From a virus (Duplodnaviria > Heunggongvirae > Uroviricota > Caudoviricetes), in IMG/VR virus record IMGVR_UViG_3300035210_000151: DNA of 64,000 nt. The stretch is one strand, 5' to 3'. This document shows, in pieces, positions 10,495 to 19,918 of the stretch (position 1 is the first letter of the stretch; the number at the start of each line of letters is the position of its first letter). Made by a program: the position numbers and the translations under genes. The notes beneath the pieces were generated by a model. It had not been told where the DNA came from and did no database searches. It worked only from the letters and a program-made list of their open reading frames with translations.

Positions 10495-11142
10495 ATGAAA
10501 GTTGTTTTACTCGGTGCTCCCGGTTCTGGCAAAGGGACACAAGCAAAATTTATTTCAGAAAAATTCTCGATTCCACACATTTCGACTGGCGATATGCTTC
10601 GTCTCGAAAAAGAAAGCGGTACCGAACGTGGTGATTTGATTAAATCCCTTATTGATAATGGTCAATTCGTTTCTGATGAAATGATTATTTCTATCATCGA
10701 AGATCGTATTGCCCAACCAGACTGTAAAAATGGCTTCATTCTTGATGGTTTTCCGCGAACTCATGTTCAAGCCCTCAAAATGACCAGTATGGGCATTAAT
10801 GTGGACTATGTGATTGAAATTCGTGTGCCATTTGATTTGATTGTTGAACGTATCACTGGCCGTCTTGTCCATGAGCCATCAGGTCGTGTTTACCACAAAA
10901 TCTTCAATAAGCCAAAAGTAGAATGGCTGGATGATGAAACAGGTGAAGCGTTGATTCAACGTAAAGATGACACGGCAGAAGTGATTCTACCACGCCTTAG
11001 CACTTATGCGGAAAAGACCATGCCAGTGGTTGAGTATTACCGTGCAGAAGGTGAAGCAGGCCGTATTAACTTCGTCAGCATTGATGGTGTGGGTGAACTC
11101 AGCGTTATTACGCAGTCTGTTTTAGATGCACTGTCCTCATAA
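10495..11142 (+). CDS. adk: Adenylate kinase
   Basis: GAPGSGKGTQA P-loop, HISTGDMLR, GFILDGFPRT, zinc-free Gram-negative LID (VHEPSGRVYH...DDETGE), QRKDD. Confidence 0.97.
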   Translation: MKVVLLGAPGSGKGTQAKFISEKFSIPHISTGDMLRLEKESGTERGDLIKSLIDNGQFVSDEMIISIIEDRIAQPDCKNGFILDGFPRTHVQALKMTSMGINVDYVIEIRVPFDLIVERITGRLVHEPSGRVYHKIFNKPKVEWLDDETGEALIQRKDDTAEVILPRLSTYAEKTMPVVEYYRAEGEAGRINFVSIDGVGELSVITQSVLDALSS

Positions 11143-11154
11143 GAAAGACTAAAT

Positions 11155-11179
11155 AAAAACCCCTTCCGAGGGGTTTTTT
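11155..11179 (+). terminator. Intrinsic terminator after adk
   Basis: AAAAACCCCT-TCCG-AGGGGTTTTTT hairpin with U tract. Confidence 0.85.
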
Positions 11180-11241
11180 ATTGCTTGTTATTCGTGAAAG
11201 TAGTATAATAATGCTTCAAACAAATCATTTTGGAGGCTGCA

Positions 11242-11616
11242 ATGACTGATATCATCGTTACGAGCAAAGAAAAAAATCCCTGCGTAGGCTGTGGTGCCTG
11301 CTGTGCTTTCTTTCGAGTCTCCTTTCACTGGCTTGAAGCACAATCAGCCGGTGGCACAGTCCCTGATGAGGATACTGTAACAATCAGTCAGCCCCACCTT
11401 ATTGCTATGAAAGGTACTGACACAGCCAAAGACCCTCGTTGTGTTAACCTTGTAGGCACCATTGGCAAAGACAGTCAATGCAGTAAATATGAAACACGTT
11501 CTAGCTCTTGTAGAGACTTTGATGGTTCGTACCAATTTGGTCAGAAAGAGCCACGATGTGACCGTGCAAGGGCAAAGCATGGCCTTCCAGAATTGGCTCC
11601 AAGTGACTGGATTTGA
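11242..11616 (+). CDS. YkgJ-family CxxCxxCC cysteine-cluster (Zn/Fe-chelating) protein
   Basis: NPCVGCGACCAFFRVSFHWLE, MKGT, RCVNLVG, CSKYETRSSSCRDF, CDRARAKHGLP; GGAGG RBS. Confidence 0.88.
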   Translation: MTDIIVTSKEKNPCVGCGACCAFFRVSFHWLEAQSAGGTVPDEDTVTISQPHLIAMKGTDTAKDPRCVNLVGTIGKDSQCSKYETRSSSCRDFDGSYQFGQKEPRCDRARAKHGLPELAPSDWI

Positions 11617-11670
11617 TTTTTCGATATAAAATGTTATAATAGGGGTAACCAATTGTTGTTGGAGGTACCT

Positions 11671-11844
11671 ATGGATAACTATTTCTTTACGAACTTAGCC
11701 ATAATGGTAATACTGCTTACATCGCTTGTTCCTTTAAGCTTTTTTTACTTTTTAACAGTGAGAGCTAATCCAGAGAAAGACAAGCGAAAAAAAAGACCGA
11801 CCGTAGACCTTAAGTCTCTTGATGACTTAAATGAACCAAAATGA
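11671..11844 (+). CDS. Small single-pass membrane protein
   Basis: GGAGGT RBS, TGTTATAAT -10; hydrophobic helix followed by a basic tail. Confidence 0.7.
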   Translation: MDNYFFTNLAIMVILLTSLVPLSFFYFLTVRANPEKDKRKKRPTVDLKSLDDLNEPK

Positions 11845-11887
11845 AACCTTAATTTAAGAGCCTGATGGCTCTTTTTTTTGTCTCCAA

Positions 11888-11943
11888 TTTTCAATAAAAC
11901 TTTTCAATAAAACGTTGCCGTAATAGTTGAATAGTGTTATAAT
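11888..11943 (+). promoter_or_regulatory. Sigma70 promoter preceded by a perfect 13-bp tandem repeat
   Basis: TTTTCAATAAAAC twice (11888-11913), then TTGCCG-17 bp-TATAAT with TG extension. Confidence 0.75.
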
Positions 11944-11969
11944 TTTGTCCACTTAAAAGAGGATATTAC

Positions 11970-12239
11970 ATGTTTAAATCTATTTCTTTTGTTGTTTTGG
12001 CTATCGCTGTGAGTGTTGCACATGCTGACAACTTTGATAAAGAACAATCGACCATAACAACTCTTTCAAATACAATTTTTATGAACGAAAAAACAGTCTT
12101 TGATGATTCATTTACCAGTGAGCTAACGGTTTCACCGGCTGATCTTGTGTATGGTGGTAGTGAACAAAACACTGACGCAGCTAATTTTGATGCTTTCAAC
12201 AAAGACAGCATTTCCAAAGAACTCTCTGCTAAACAATAG
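11970..12239 (+). CDS. Small secreted/periplasmic protein
   Basis: Sec signal MFKSISFVVLAIAVSVAHA; GAGGA RBS. Confidence 0.75.
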   Translation: MFKSISFVVLAIAVSVAHADNFDKEQSTITTLSNTIFMNEKTVFDDSFTSELTVSPADLVYGGSEQNTDAANFDAFNKDSISKELSAKQ

Positions 12240-12260
12240 TTATAAATATCAATATTTTTA

Positions 12261-12289
12261 TTGACCAAAAGCTAGATAAATGATACAAT
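12261..12289 (+). promoter_or_regulatory. Sigma70 promoter
   Basis: TTGACC-17 bp-TACAAT with TG extension. Confidence 0.75.
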
Positions 12290-12319
12290 CCATCAACTAA
12301 TTTTAATAGGAAGTCCATC

Positions 12320-12868
12320 ATGCAATATAAATCACTTGAAATGTTTCAGTTCTTTCTGCAGAACTATAAACTGAACCCAGTTGCTGTTTTGGAATTCAAT
12401 TTTGAACCGACTGGTGCTGATGACCAAGAAAAGCGTAAGGCGTCTATGTCGTTTGTTAAGCGTATGAACACTGTTTCACCCGCTCTTAATGAACTGTATG
12501 ACGCTCAATGTCGTATGTTGGGTGATTATCCAGAAATGCGAGTTGTTTATAAACTGGGGTTCAACCTTCATGCTTATAACGTATTGGCTCCACTGTATGC
12601 AAAGCTCGAAAAGAATGTTAAAGAGTTTCAACGTCTGTTGAAGAAACATTCTAGCCATCCAGACGTGGTTGAATATTACAAACTAGCCGAAGACCAGCTT
12701 CCATCTAATGTCTACGAAATGATGAAAGAAGACTTTGCTGCTTTTGAAACCGTCACTGTTCCACGTCTTGAAGACGCAAAAGCAAAATATCCTGACTGGG
12801 ATATGTGGGATGGAGCTTCACCTGACTGGGAACATGTTAATCAACTCTACAAAAACGCAAAAAAATAA
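12320..12868 (+). CDS. Hypothetical protein
   Basis: 182 aa ORF with promoter, AGGA RBS and terminator. Confidence 0.85.
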   Translation: MQYKSLEMFQFFLQNYKLNPVAVLEFNFEPTGADDQEKRKASMSFVKRMNTVSPALNELYDAQCRMLGDYPEMRVVYKLGFNLHAYNVLAPLYAKLEKNVKEFQRLLKKHSSHPDVVEYYKLAEDQLPSNVYEMMKEDFAAFETVTVPRLEDAKAKYPDWDMWDGASPDWEHVNQLYKNAKK

Positions 12869-12870
12869 CG

Positions 12871-12891
12871 GAAGCCTCTTCGGAGGTTTTT
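12871..12891 (+). terminator. Intrinsic terminator (UUCG loop)
   Basis: GAAGCCTC-TTCG-GAGGTTTTT. Confidence 0.8.
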
Positions 12892-12916
12892 CTGTTTTCA
12901 CTGAATAGGAGAATTT

Positions 12917-13465
12917 ATGGGATATACTACAGACTTTGAAGGTCAAATATCATTATCACGAGCTTTAACAGAAGAACAAGCTCATTACATTACTCAATTT
13001 TCTGATACGAGACGAATGGGCAGAGATGCCAATATTTGTCAAGAATTTGATGATCCTGTACGCGAAATGGTTGGATTACCTATTGGCGTTGAAGGTGAAT
13101 TCTGCGTATTTGACTATGGGTATAAAGATCGATCTGTTATTGACCACAATCAACCACCTTCCACGCAACCGGGACTTTGGTGTAATTGGGTCGCTACAGA
13201 AGATCTATCAGCTATTAAATGGAATGGTGCTGAAAAATTCTATTATTATTTAGAATGGCTAGTTTATATTCATGACAATATGCTGGTTAAGTGGGGTATT
13301 ACCTATACAACCGATGGCAAGTTAACGTATCAAGGTGAAGAAGATAGTGATAATGGTGAAATCTTCATCAGCGGTGGGTCTATCGTTAAAACAAATAAAG
13401 AAGGTTTTAATGAAGTCTGTGAACTAAAACCCGTCGAGAACAATAAAATAACAGGAGATAATTGA
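12917..13465 (+). CDS. Hypothetical protein of a type common in phages
   Basis: MGYTTDFEG, QPGLWCNW, WNGAEKFY.YLEWL, QGEE..D.G; AGGAGA RBS. Confidence 0.8.
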   Translation: MGYTTDFEGQISLSRALTEEQAHYITQFSDTRRMGRDANICQEFDDPVREMVGLPIGVEGEFCVFDYGYKDRSVIDHNQPPSTQPGLWCNWVATEDLSAIKWNGAEKFYYYLEWLVYIHDNMLVKWGITYTTDGKLTYQGEEDSDNGEIFISGGSIVKTNKEGFNEVCELKPVENNKITGDN

Positions 13466-13467
13466 TT

Positions 13468-14523
13468 ATGGGTTCTTTTTACATGAATTGTGCCGTAACA
13501 CGTCATCCATTTTGCTACGATCAGGAAGACGCCGTACTTATTCCTATTTTCGTAAAATATAGCAAAGAACGACCTGTTTATATGCATGACAACTGCTCTA
13601 TTTTTCCCTTATTTGTGAATGCTAAATATCACGACTATGGTCAGTTTGAAGTTGAAGAAGGCCCAATGTCTGAACGTGTTCTAGACTTGCTGGCGGCGGC
13701 TCTTGAAAATGGCGTTACAGGTGGTAGGCGTCGTAGTGATGATGAAGAAGACGAAATTGATATTGAAAATTTCAACTGGGATACCTTCTTTGAACTCACT
13801 CACGAAAACAAATCCTGTAGTTATGGCCGTATTAGTTATGTTGCTGTTCATAAAAAAGTTTTTGACCGAATTATTTCAGACTATACTTTGTATGGTAAGT
13901 TGGATACGAGTATAGAGGGATATACATCTGAAAATTATGGCAGTTATGGCTTCGACCATTATCTGGCGGAAGAGATAAAATCTATGGCTGATAAACAAGT
14001 GAAAGCTGATGAGGTTTCAAAAGACTATGCTGATCGTATTGCTGCTCTTACTGCCAAAGAATTGGCAGCTCATCTTGCCAACGGTAATGATGAAGCATCT
14101 TTTACTCCCAGCACAGATCTCATGTTATTAGGTTTCCGTCGAGACATGAAAGTCAATGAAATACTCAGTGAACCTAACTATGGTGAATATGCTTACTTAA
14201 AAGCAAATCAGTTGGCTCCAGACTTACCAAGCTTGGGTGATGAAGAGTTTTTGAATGCTCAAAAAATCAAATTCTTCAGTGCATTCATGGCAGGTATTAA
14301 TATGCCTTGGGCTGAATCTGTTTATGCTGGTCAAGAGTGTGATACTGACGGCTATAAAGTGCTTCGTAATTGCTATGCTGATTTGACTGTTCAAAGCACT
14401 ATTAACCATTTTGAAGAAAACTGTGCCAGCAAGGATGATGTTGTGATTGATAAAAATGATAAAATCCTGATGGAACTTATGGATAAGCTCAATCATATTG
14501 ATGTAGAATATATCAAAGAATAA
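13468..14523 (+). CDS. Hypothetical acidic protein
   Basis: ~350 aa ORF (MGSFYMNCAVT...YHDYGQ...YAGQ); GGAGA RBS. Confidence 0.85.
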   Translation: MGSFYMNCAVTRHPFCYDQEDAVLIPIFVKYSKERPVYMHDNCSIFPLFVNAKYHDYGQFEVEEGPMSERVLDLLAAALENGVTGGRRRSDDEEDEIDIENFNWDTFFELTHENKSCSYGRISYVAVHKKVFDRIISDYTLYGKLDTSIEGYTSENYGSYGFDHYLAEEIKSMADKQVKADEVSKDYADRIAALTAKELAAHLANGNDEASFTPSTDLMLLGFRRDMKVNEILSEPNYGEYAYLKANQLAPDLPSLGDEEFLNAQKIKFFSAFMAGINMPWAESVYAGQECDTDGYKVLRNCYADLTVQSTINHFEENCASKDDVVIDKNDKILMELMDKLNHIDVEYIKE

Positions 14524-14537
14524 TAGTTAGCCTGTAT

Positions 14538-14560
14538 AAAAAAGGAGCTTCGGCTCCTTT
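14538..14560 (+). terminator. Intrinsic terminator (UUCG loop)
   Basis: AAAGGAGC-TTCG-GCTCCTTT. Confidence 0.85.
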
Positions 14561-14649
14561 CTGTTTTCTTATTCTTAGAAATGTGTAGATTCAATTGATC
14601 TTTTTGATTATTTCAGGTATAATTGTATAAATTTAACGAGGACGTTACC

Positions 14650-15849
14650 GTGGACATTCAGGATATTTTAAAAAATCACTACAATGTTAGCCAATTTATT
14701 GAAATGGTTGGTGATAAATTCCCTCTGCTCACAAAATTTAAAGATACCCATCAAGATAAAATTTGGCACGCAGAAGGGGATGTTCATATTCACACCGATA
14801 TGGTGCTGGATCAAACCTATGACCTTATTGCTAACCAAGCTTCTTATCTCAGTGATGATGATAAGTTTTCATTGATTATTGGTGCATTGCTCCATGACAT
14901 TGCTAAACCTTTGGTGACGAAAGAAGCCGAACGCAATGGTCGTGTTTGTGTGATTGCTCCAAAACATGAGTATGTCGGTATCTCTTACCTTATTCATCGC
15001 ATTCAATCACTCAATATTTCACAAGAAAATATTTTGAAAATTATGGGGCTTGTTGGATATCACCAAGTACCTAAATTGATGATCATGCGAGACAAAAGCC
15101 ACTGGGAGTATTTTAACCTTTCTCAGAAAGCTCGTTTGGATCTCTTGTATTTTCTTGAAATTGCAGACATGAAAGGTCGTATTGGTGAAGATCTTGAAAA
15201 CCAACTTGAATACCTTGAACTGTTTAAGTTGTATGCTCAGGAACAGGGCTGCTTTGAAGGGGCCAAACTTCCAGTTATCAGTGATAATGAATATGTGCAA
15301 ATGAAAGGTTTTAAAGCGTTGCTTAATGGCACTATTCATATGCCAGAAGAAGCCGAAAGCAAATTCTTTGCTCACAAAGATGAACATGGTGAACTGGTTG
15401 TAATGGCCGGTATCAGTGGCGTTGGTAAATCCACTTATATTAAGCAAAAGTATCCTGATCATGTTTTGGTATCTCTTGATGAAATTCGGGCTGATTTGGG
15501 CAAGAATAGACAAGATCACACCAATGAAGACAAAGTTCTGCAGGTGGCAAGGTTGAAAATCAAGACGTTGTTGGCGAAAAAGAACAAAGTTGTTTATGAC
15601 GCTACCAACATTCGTCGTGACTTCCGTGATAAAGTGTTGACGATTGGTCATAACTACAATGCTTTGACTCGTGTCGATTTCTTGACCGACTCGTTGACTA
15701 ACATTGTAAAACGTGACAATGAGCGGGAACATTCAGTGGGGGCTAAAATTATTCATTATCAAGATGATCGATTTGAATATCCAGAATTTGATGAATGTGA
15801 TTCTTACAGCATCGTTTTCAGTGATGCCAGCAAGAAAAAGAAATGGTAA
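14650..15849 (+). CDS. HD-domain phosphohydrolase fused to a P-loop (AAA_33/PNK-like) kinase
   Basis: QDKIWHAEGDVHIHT, ALLHDIAKP, ADMKGR; GISGVGKST Walker A, SLDEIR, VYDATN...R; GAGGA RBS before GTG 14650. Confidence 0.9.
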   Translation: MDIQDILKNHYNVSQFIEMVGDKFPLLTKFKDTHQDKIWHAEGDVHIHTDMVLDQTYDLIANQASYLSDDDKFSLIIGALLHDIAKPLVTKEAERNGRVCVIAPKHEYVGISYLIHRIQSLNISQENILKIMGLVGYHQVPKLMIMRDKSHWEYFNLSQKARLDLLYFLEIADMKGRIGEDLENQLEYLELFKLYAQEQGCFEGAKLPVISDNEYVQMKGFKALLNGTIHMPEEAESKFFAHKDEHGELVVMAGISGVGKSTYIKQKYPDHVLVSLDEIRADLGKNRQDHTNEDKVLQVARLKIKTLLAKKNKVVYDATNIRRDFRDKVLTIGHNYNALTRVDFLTDSLTNIVKRDNEREHSVGAKIIHYQDDRFEYPEFDECDSYSIVFSDASKKKKW

Positions 15850-15871
15850 CTGTTTTTTAAATGTAAGCAAT

Positions 15872-15900
15872 AAAAAAGACCCTTCTGGGTCTTTTTTTTT
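15872..15900. terminator. Bidirectional intrinsic terminator
   Basis: AAAAAAGACCC-TTCT-GGGTCTTTTTTTTT between convergent genes. Confidence 0.85.
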
Positions 15901-16528
15901 ACATCTTTATTTTAGGTATTGGTGGCTTAACACATTGTGGTACCGCAGCTACTTGTGGAATTTTGACCATTTGAACAGCAACTTCGTCATCAGGATCTCT
16001 TGGTGTTTGTCTGGCGAAAAACCTACGAGTAGCTTCTACGTGGAATTCGTTTGGATTCCATAAACCCATTTCTCTGGCATGATCTTCTGCACCAGAAACA
16101 GAAGCTTTAATGGTTGGGCGTCCTGACACAATCGTCCCAGCTAGACGATGGTTGCCATCATCAAGAATATAATCTGGGTAATGACCCATGCTTGGAATAC
16201 CTACATCTATGGAGATAACTTTTTCAGGTTCGTTGAGTGCAAAAAAGGCTATTTTTTTGACATGGTTTTCACGAATTTCTTCTGGTGTTAGTTCAACCTT
16301 CTTGAAGGCAATGTCATACCAACTTGGTGTAATAGCTAATTCTGCTTTACCGTCTTTTATACATTGTTTTACTTCTTCAATGGTAATAGGTTTATCTAAT
16401 TCCATCCAACAGCCATTGAATGGATTAGCATATTCCATAATTTTTGCCACATCAAGTGTGTGATGTTCTAGTTTATCTAATTCATCATCAGTGTAGGAAG
16501 ATAAGTCTTTTTTATTCGCTTTTGACAT
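15899..16528 (-). CDS. ParB/Srx-like domain protein with basic C-terminal tail
   Basis: ILDDGNHRLAG motif preceded by VISIDVG; ends KPPIPKIKM. Start uncertain. Confidence 0.6.
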   Translation of the reverse strand: MSKANKKDLSSYTDDELDKLEHHTLDVAKIMEYANPFNGCWMELDKPITIEEVKQCIKDGKAELAITPSWYDIAFKKVELTPEEIRENHVKKIAFFALNEPEKVISIDVGIPSMGHYPDYILDDGNHRLAGTIVSGRPTIKASVSGAEDHAREMGLWNPNEFHVEATRRFFARQTPRDPDDEVAVQMVKIPQVAAVPQCVKPPIPKIKM

Positions 16529-16613
16529 CTTTAATCTCATTGTTTTCTTATATTTTAACATTATTTGAGAAATATTAAAGTATGATCACTAATATAAAAT
16601 GATGACAATTTGC

Positions 16614-17024
16614 TTATGGTTTCTTTTTAGTTTTTTTCAAACTGTTTACATAGGCTTTTTGTTCATCATTCAAAAGACTTGGATCAAGATTTAAAATGAA
16701 TTCTTTCATTTCTTTGTTTTCTTGCATGAGTGGCCTAATCACCAGACTGGTGTGGTAGGAATACGCTTGAGAAATACTTTTACGAACATCTTTGAGTTCA
16801 TCAGGTGTTAATTTAATGACGGGTTCATCGGTATAGATAATGAACTTACCATTATCCCAATCAATACCACATACCATGTCTCTAATTTTGACAGTAGGCA
16901 TTCCACCAATCGATCCTTGAGATACAATTGCAATCTCAACTGTGTTGTCTAACTCTCGTGGTCGATTTTTTTCAATGTGTTCAATAAATAACTTCAAGTC
17001 ATTTAATGTCTCAAATTTAATCAT
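16614..17024 (-). CDS. Hypothetical phage-type protein with basic tail
   Basis: 136 aa, GSIGGMPTV...GIDWDNGKFII; AGGAGA RBS; ends KKTKKKP. Confidence 0.8.
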   Translation of the reverse strand: MIKFETLNDLKLFIEHIEKNRPRELDNTVEIAIVSQGSIGGMPTVKIRDMVCGIDWDNGKFIIYTDEPVIKLTPDELKDVRKSISQAYSYHTSLVIRPLMQENKEMKEFILNLDPSLLNDEQKAYVNSLKKTKKKP

Positions 17025-17099
17025 GAGTAATTCTCCTATATTCGCCGTATTTTATCACAAATGATGTTCGTGGTCAATCGCTGTCAAATCTCAATTAAA

Positions 17100-17129
17100 T
17101 TGACAGTAAATTAATCCCTATGGTATAAT
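17100..17129 (+). promoter_or_regulatory. Sigma70 promoter
   Basis: TTGACA-18 bp-TATAAT with TG extension. Confidence 0.8.
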
Positions 17130-17152
17130 GACGTTCATTTAGGAGACTTTTC

Positions 17153-17452
17153 ATGACTGTATTAACCGCTGAAATCCTTCACGAATTGGTAAGCAATGGC
17201 TTTAACCAACTGGTGATTTCTCATGACTTGTCAATTAAGCGTCTTGTGGGCTATATTGATGGTGAGGATGACTATTACTACATCTTGAAGAATACTTATG
17301 GTTCTGTTCATGACTACACCAATGTATCGGCTGTCATGCCACTTTACTTCTTGAAAGATTCCACTGAGCCTGATGTTTATACGCAACTTGATTCGATGGC
17401 TTCCATGAATGGAGCTGATTGCGAATCAAACATGATTGTCAAAAAAGAATAA
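17153..17452 (+). CDS. Hypothetical protein
   Basis: 99 aa, AGGAGA RBS, consensus promoter. Confidence 0.8.
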   Translation: MTVLTAEILHELVSNGFNQLVISHDLSIKRLVGYIDGEDDYYYILKNTYGSVHDYTNVSAVMPLYFLKDSTEPDVYTQLDSMASMNGADCESNMIVKKE

Positions 17453-17499
17453 TCATTAACATAAGAAGCTGCCAAGCTTCTTATGCTTCCAATTTTCAA

Positions 17500-18090
17500 T
17501 TACAAATTACCGTCGAATTCTAGTTTTTTCTTTGACATTTGTAATTTATATCCATATTTCGCACAAAACCAGAGCACAAAATCAATAATAAATATAGTCC
17601 CATCTCTATCATCCACTTCAGATAAAGAATGCCCATATTTTTTTAGATTATCTTCATGTCGGTGTAAATCTCTGAATATGTATTTGAACCTATCAAAATT
17701 ATTCATGAATTCAGGAAGAAACAATAACTCTTGACGATAACGATCAATTTCAAACCACATCGTTGTTGTTTGTGGTGTAAAGTCTTCGTTTAGACCACAT
17801 TCAAAGTCTTTGAAAGCTTTTAGTTCTTGTTCTAAATTTAAAAACTCAATACGCTTATGCTTAATCGGCTGGAGTGTCAGTCCATTACTAGCAAAGTAAT
17901 CAAAAAATACATTAAATAGGTATTTCTTTAAGATGGCAAGTGAATGAGTGTTCAACGGATTTGATGCTTCTGCATTTGAATAATAATGTGAGAGCAATCT
18001 GAGAAAGTTGTCTTGTGATTCTGGGTCACGTAAAAATACAGGTAAGTGTTCGCCCTTTCTTTTCCATTCTATTAATTTATCATTTGACAT
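17500..18090 (-). CDS. Hypothetical protein made of two internal repeats
   Basis: HLPVFLRD...FFDYFASNGLTLQ...IEF.NL repeated as FLPEFMNN...VLWFCAKYGYKLQ...LEF.GNL; AGGAGA RBS. Confidence 0.8.
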   Translation of the reverse strand: MSNDKLIEWKRKGEHLPVFLRDPESQDNFLRLLSHYYSNAEASNPLNTHSLAILKKYLFNVFFDYFASNGLTLQPIKHKRIEFLNLEQELKAFKDFECGLNEDFTPQTTTMWFEIDRYRQELLFLPEFMNNFDRFKYIFRDLHRHEDNLKKYGHSLSEVDDRDGTIFIIDFVLWFCAKYGYKLQMSKKKLEFDGNL

Positions 18091-18249
18091 ATAATGGTTC
18101 TCCTAGTGCCGCTATTTTAGCATACTCTCTCTTTTTTTTAAAGTTATTTCTTTCTTAAAAACCATAGTATTTTAATAAAAGGTTGTTGCTCTATATTCCA
18201 TTGTTTGCTATAATCATTCATAATAATTAAACATAAGGATGATTTTTGT

Positions 18250-18696
18250 ATGAGCGAGAAAAAGATTCTGCAAGTTGGCGACTTGATCAAGGCAACCGGG
18301 TTTACTTTCAGTATGGAAGCGTCAATTGAGCTAATTTCTGGCCCATTCGGAGCTGAACATCGCCGTCTTCGTGTTTTCCATTTGAATGGATTGAAATGTT
18401 CTAACCCAGCTTGTCGTAACGTAGGCACCCGTCTTATTCAAGGCATTGACAAAGCCGGTGGTATTCATTGGGATGTTTATACTGATAGTATGATTCTGAT
18501 GAACGTTGACCATATTATCCCTAAACATCATGGCGGTAACAACTACATCAAGAACTTGCAACCTTTGTGCTTGAACTGTAACTGCTTGAAAGGTGATCGT
18601 ATGATTACCAACGAAGAACTCGCTGTTCTGTATCATGAAAACTTGAAGCGTCGTCGTGGTAAGCAAAAGGTTCGTGAACTTCGTGAACCATGCTAA
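18250..18696 (+). CDS. HNH endonuclease
   Basis: CSNPAC...MNVDHIIPKHHGGNNYIKNLQPLCLNCNCLKG. Confidence 0.9.
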   Translation: MSEKKILQVGDLIKATGFTFSMEASIELISGPFGAEHRRLRVFHLNGLKCSNPACRNVGTRLIQGIDKAGGIHWDVYTDSMILMNVDHIIPKHHGGNNYIKNLQPLCLNCNCLKGDRMITNEELAVLYHENLKRRRGKQKVRELREPC

Positions 18697-18705
18697 CAAC
18701 TTAAC

Positions 18706-18733
18706 AAAAAAGCCAGCCTAGTGTTGGCTTTTT
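18706..18733 (+). terminator. Intrinsic terminator
   Basis: AAAAAAGCCAGC-CTAGT-GTTGGCTTTTT. Confidence 0.8.
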
Positions 18734-18791
18734 CTTGAAGGCGATTTAACAATGTGTTATAATTAACGAAATTCTTTGGAGAGATAAAGAA

Positions 18792-19235
18792 ATGTTGTCT
18801 AAACTAAAAAAAATGTTTGGTAAAAGTGGTGATAAAATTGAAGCCTTTAACGAATCGAGTAGTCATCGTAAGTATGGTATTCAGATTTCTCAACATATTG
18901 ACAATGGCAAGCACATGGTTTATGTCAATGATAGTTTTCAAGACGACACGGTTATTGCAATCTTTGAAAATGAACAGCAAGTTTCAGAGTTTATTGATGA
19001 GTTGACCTCTGAAATTTCTCATACGGCCAAGCAGCGGAAAGCTGACATTGAAGCACGTCTTGTAAAAGATTTAAACAAGCTTGCTTACTTGCATAAAAGC
19101 AATTGCAAAGAAATGTTTATCAGTCAGTATAAAAAGACAATTTTATCAATTTATCTTAACAAGAAAGTGGTTAAGCATGTTAATGACTATATTGAAGAGA
19201 AGATTGTTGGAGAAACCAATGAACTACCAAGCTGA
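18792..19235 (+). CDS. Hypothetical protein
   Basis: 147 aa; GGAGA RBS; TTGAAG...TGTTATAAT promoter. Confidence 0.8.
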   Translation: MLSKLKKMFGKSGDKIEAFNESSSHRKYGIQISQHIDNGKHMVYVNDSFQDDTVIAIFENEQQVSEFIDELTSEISHTAKQRKADIEARLVKDLNKLAYLHKSNCKEMFISQYKKTILSIYLNKKVVKHVNDYIEEKIVGETNELPS

Positions 19236-19305
19236 AAGTCAGAAAATTGTTGATGCCATTAACAAATCATTAGAAATCTTGAAGAGAATTGAAAGTAAAC
19301 GATAA
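19219..19305 (+). CDS. Putative 28-aa small protein (MNYQAESQKIVDAINKSLEILKRIESKR)
   Basis: GGAGA RBS inside the upstream gene's 3' end; amphipathic helix; fills the gap to the convergent gene. Confidence 0.5.
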   Translation: MNYQAESQKIVDAINKSLEILKRIESKR

Positions 19306-19306
19306 T

Positions 19307-19918
19307 CTACTTTCTTTTCTTTTCATATTCTAAGAGTGGATTAACGGTGTAGAAACCAAAATATTGATACACTTTGACATCAAGACCTAATAATTTGTCA
19401 GCCAAGTCTTTTGTAATAATAATCTCTTTAGACAATGCTTCTCTGGCTAGGAGCATTGTTTCTGTGCTATTGGTCTTAAAACATCTTTCTTTGTAATATA
19501 AGAAATGATTATCCTCACTATACACCGATACAGAATTTTCATGATTAATGGCTGATACTTCGTCTAGCAGTTTAATGATGTAATAATCGTTCAGTTCTCT
19601 ATTGTCTCTCGCATAGATAGCGGCTGGTTCAATATATTCAATACGACTTGATGTTAAACTATCCAGTATCACTTTAAACTTTTTACTGACCAATAACTGC
19701 CCGCCTATCATCCATAAACAATCAAATTTTATTAATCTGTCATATTTTTCTTTAAAATAGATAGTAGGCTTATCCATATGAGAACTAAATGGTGTAGTGT
19801 TATACAAACTGAGATAATCAAAGTTATCACTATCTGAGGCGTAATCACCTTCATTTTCCCCATATGAGCCTATCAAAAGTGATGAGTAATATATGGGTGT
19901 TGACCAGTTTAAATACAT
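19307..19918 (-). CDS. Imm11/DUF1629-like immunity-protein homolog
   Basis: LLVSKKFKVILD...IEYIEPAAIY...DYYIIKLLDEVSAINHENS...IIITKDLADKL pattern. Confidence 0.55.
   Translation of the reverse strand: MYLNWSTPIYYSSLLIGSYGENEGDYASDSDNFDYLSLYNTTPFSSHMDKPTIYFKEKYDRLIKFDCLWMIGGQLLVSKKFKVILDSLTSSRIEYIEPAAIYARDNRELNDYYIIKLLDEVSAINHENSVSVYSEDNHFLYYKERCFKTNSTETMLLAREALSKEIIITKDLADKLLGLDVKVYQYFGFYTVNPLLEYEKKRK

Noticed and set aside
15019-15732. 237-aa minus-strand ORF
   Set aside because: Lies wholly antisense to the HD-kinase gene, with no RBS or motifs.
15899-16528. Plasmid partition system
   Set aside because: Only a DG.HR ParB/Srx-like motif; no adjacent ParA, HTH or parS repeats.
18144-18699. 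Minus-strand ORFs of 94 and 122 aa
   Set aside because: Antisense to the HNH gene. The other short nested or antisense ORFs in the track were dropped for the same reason.
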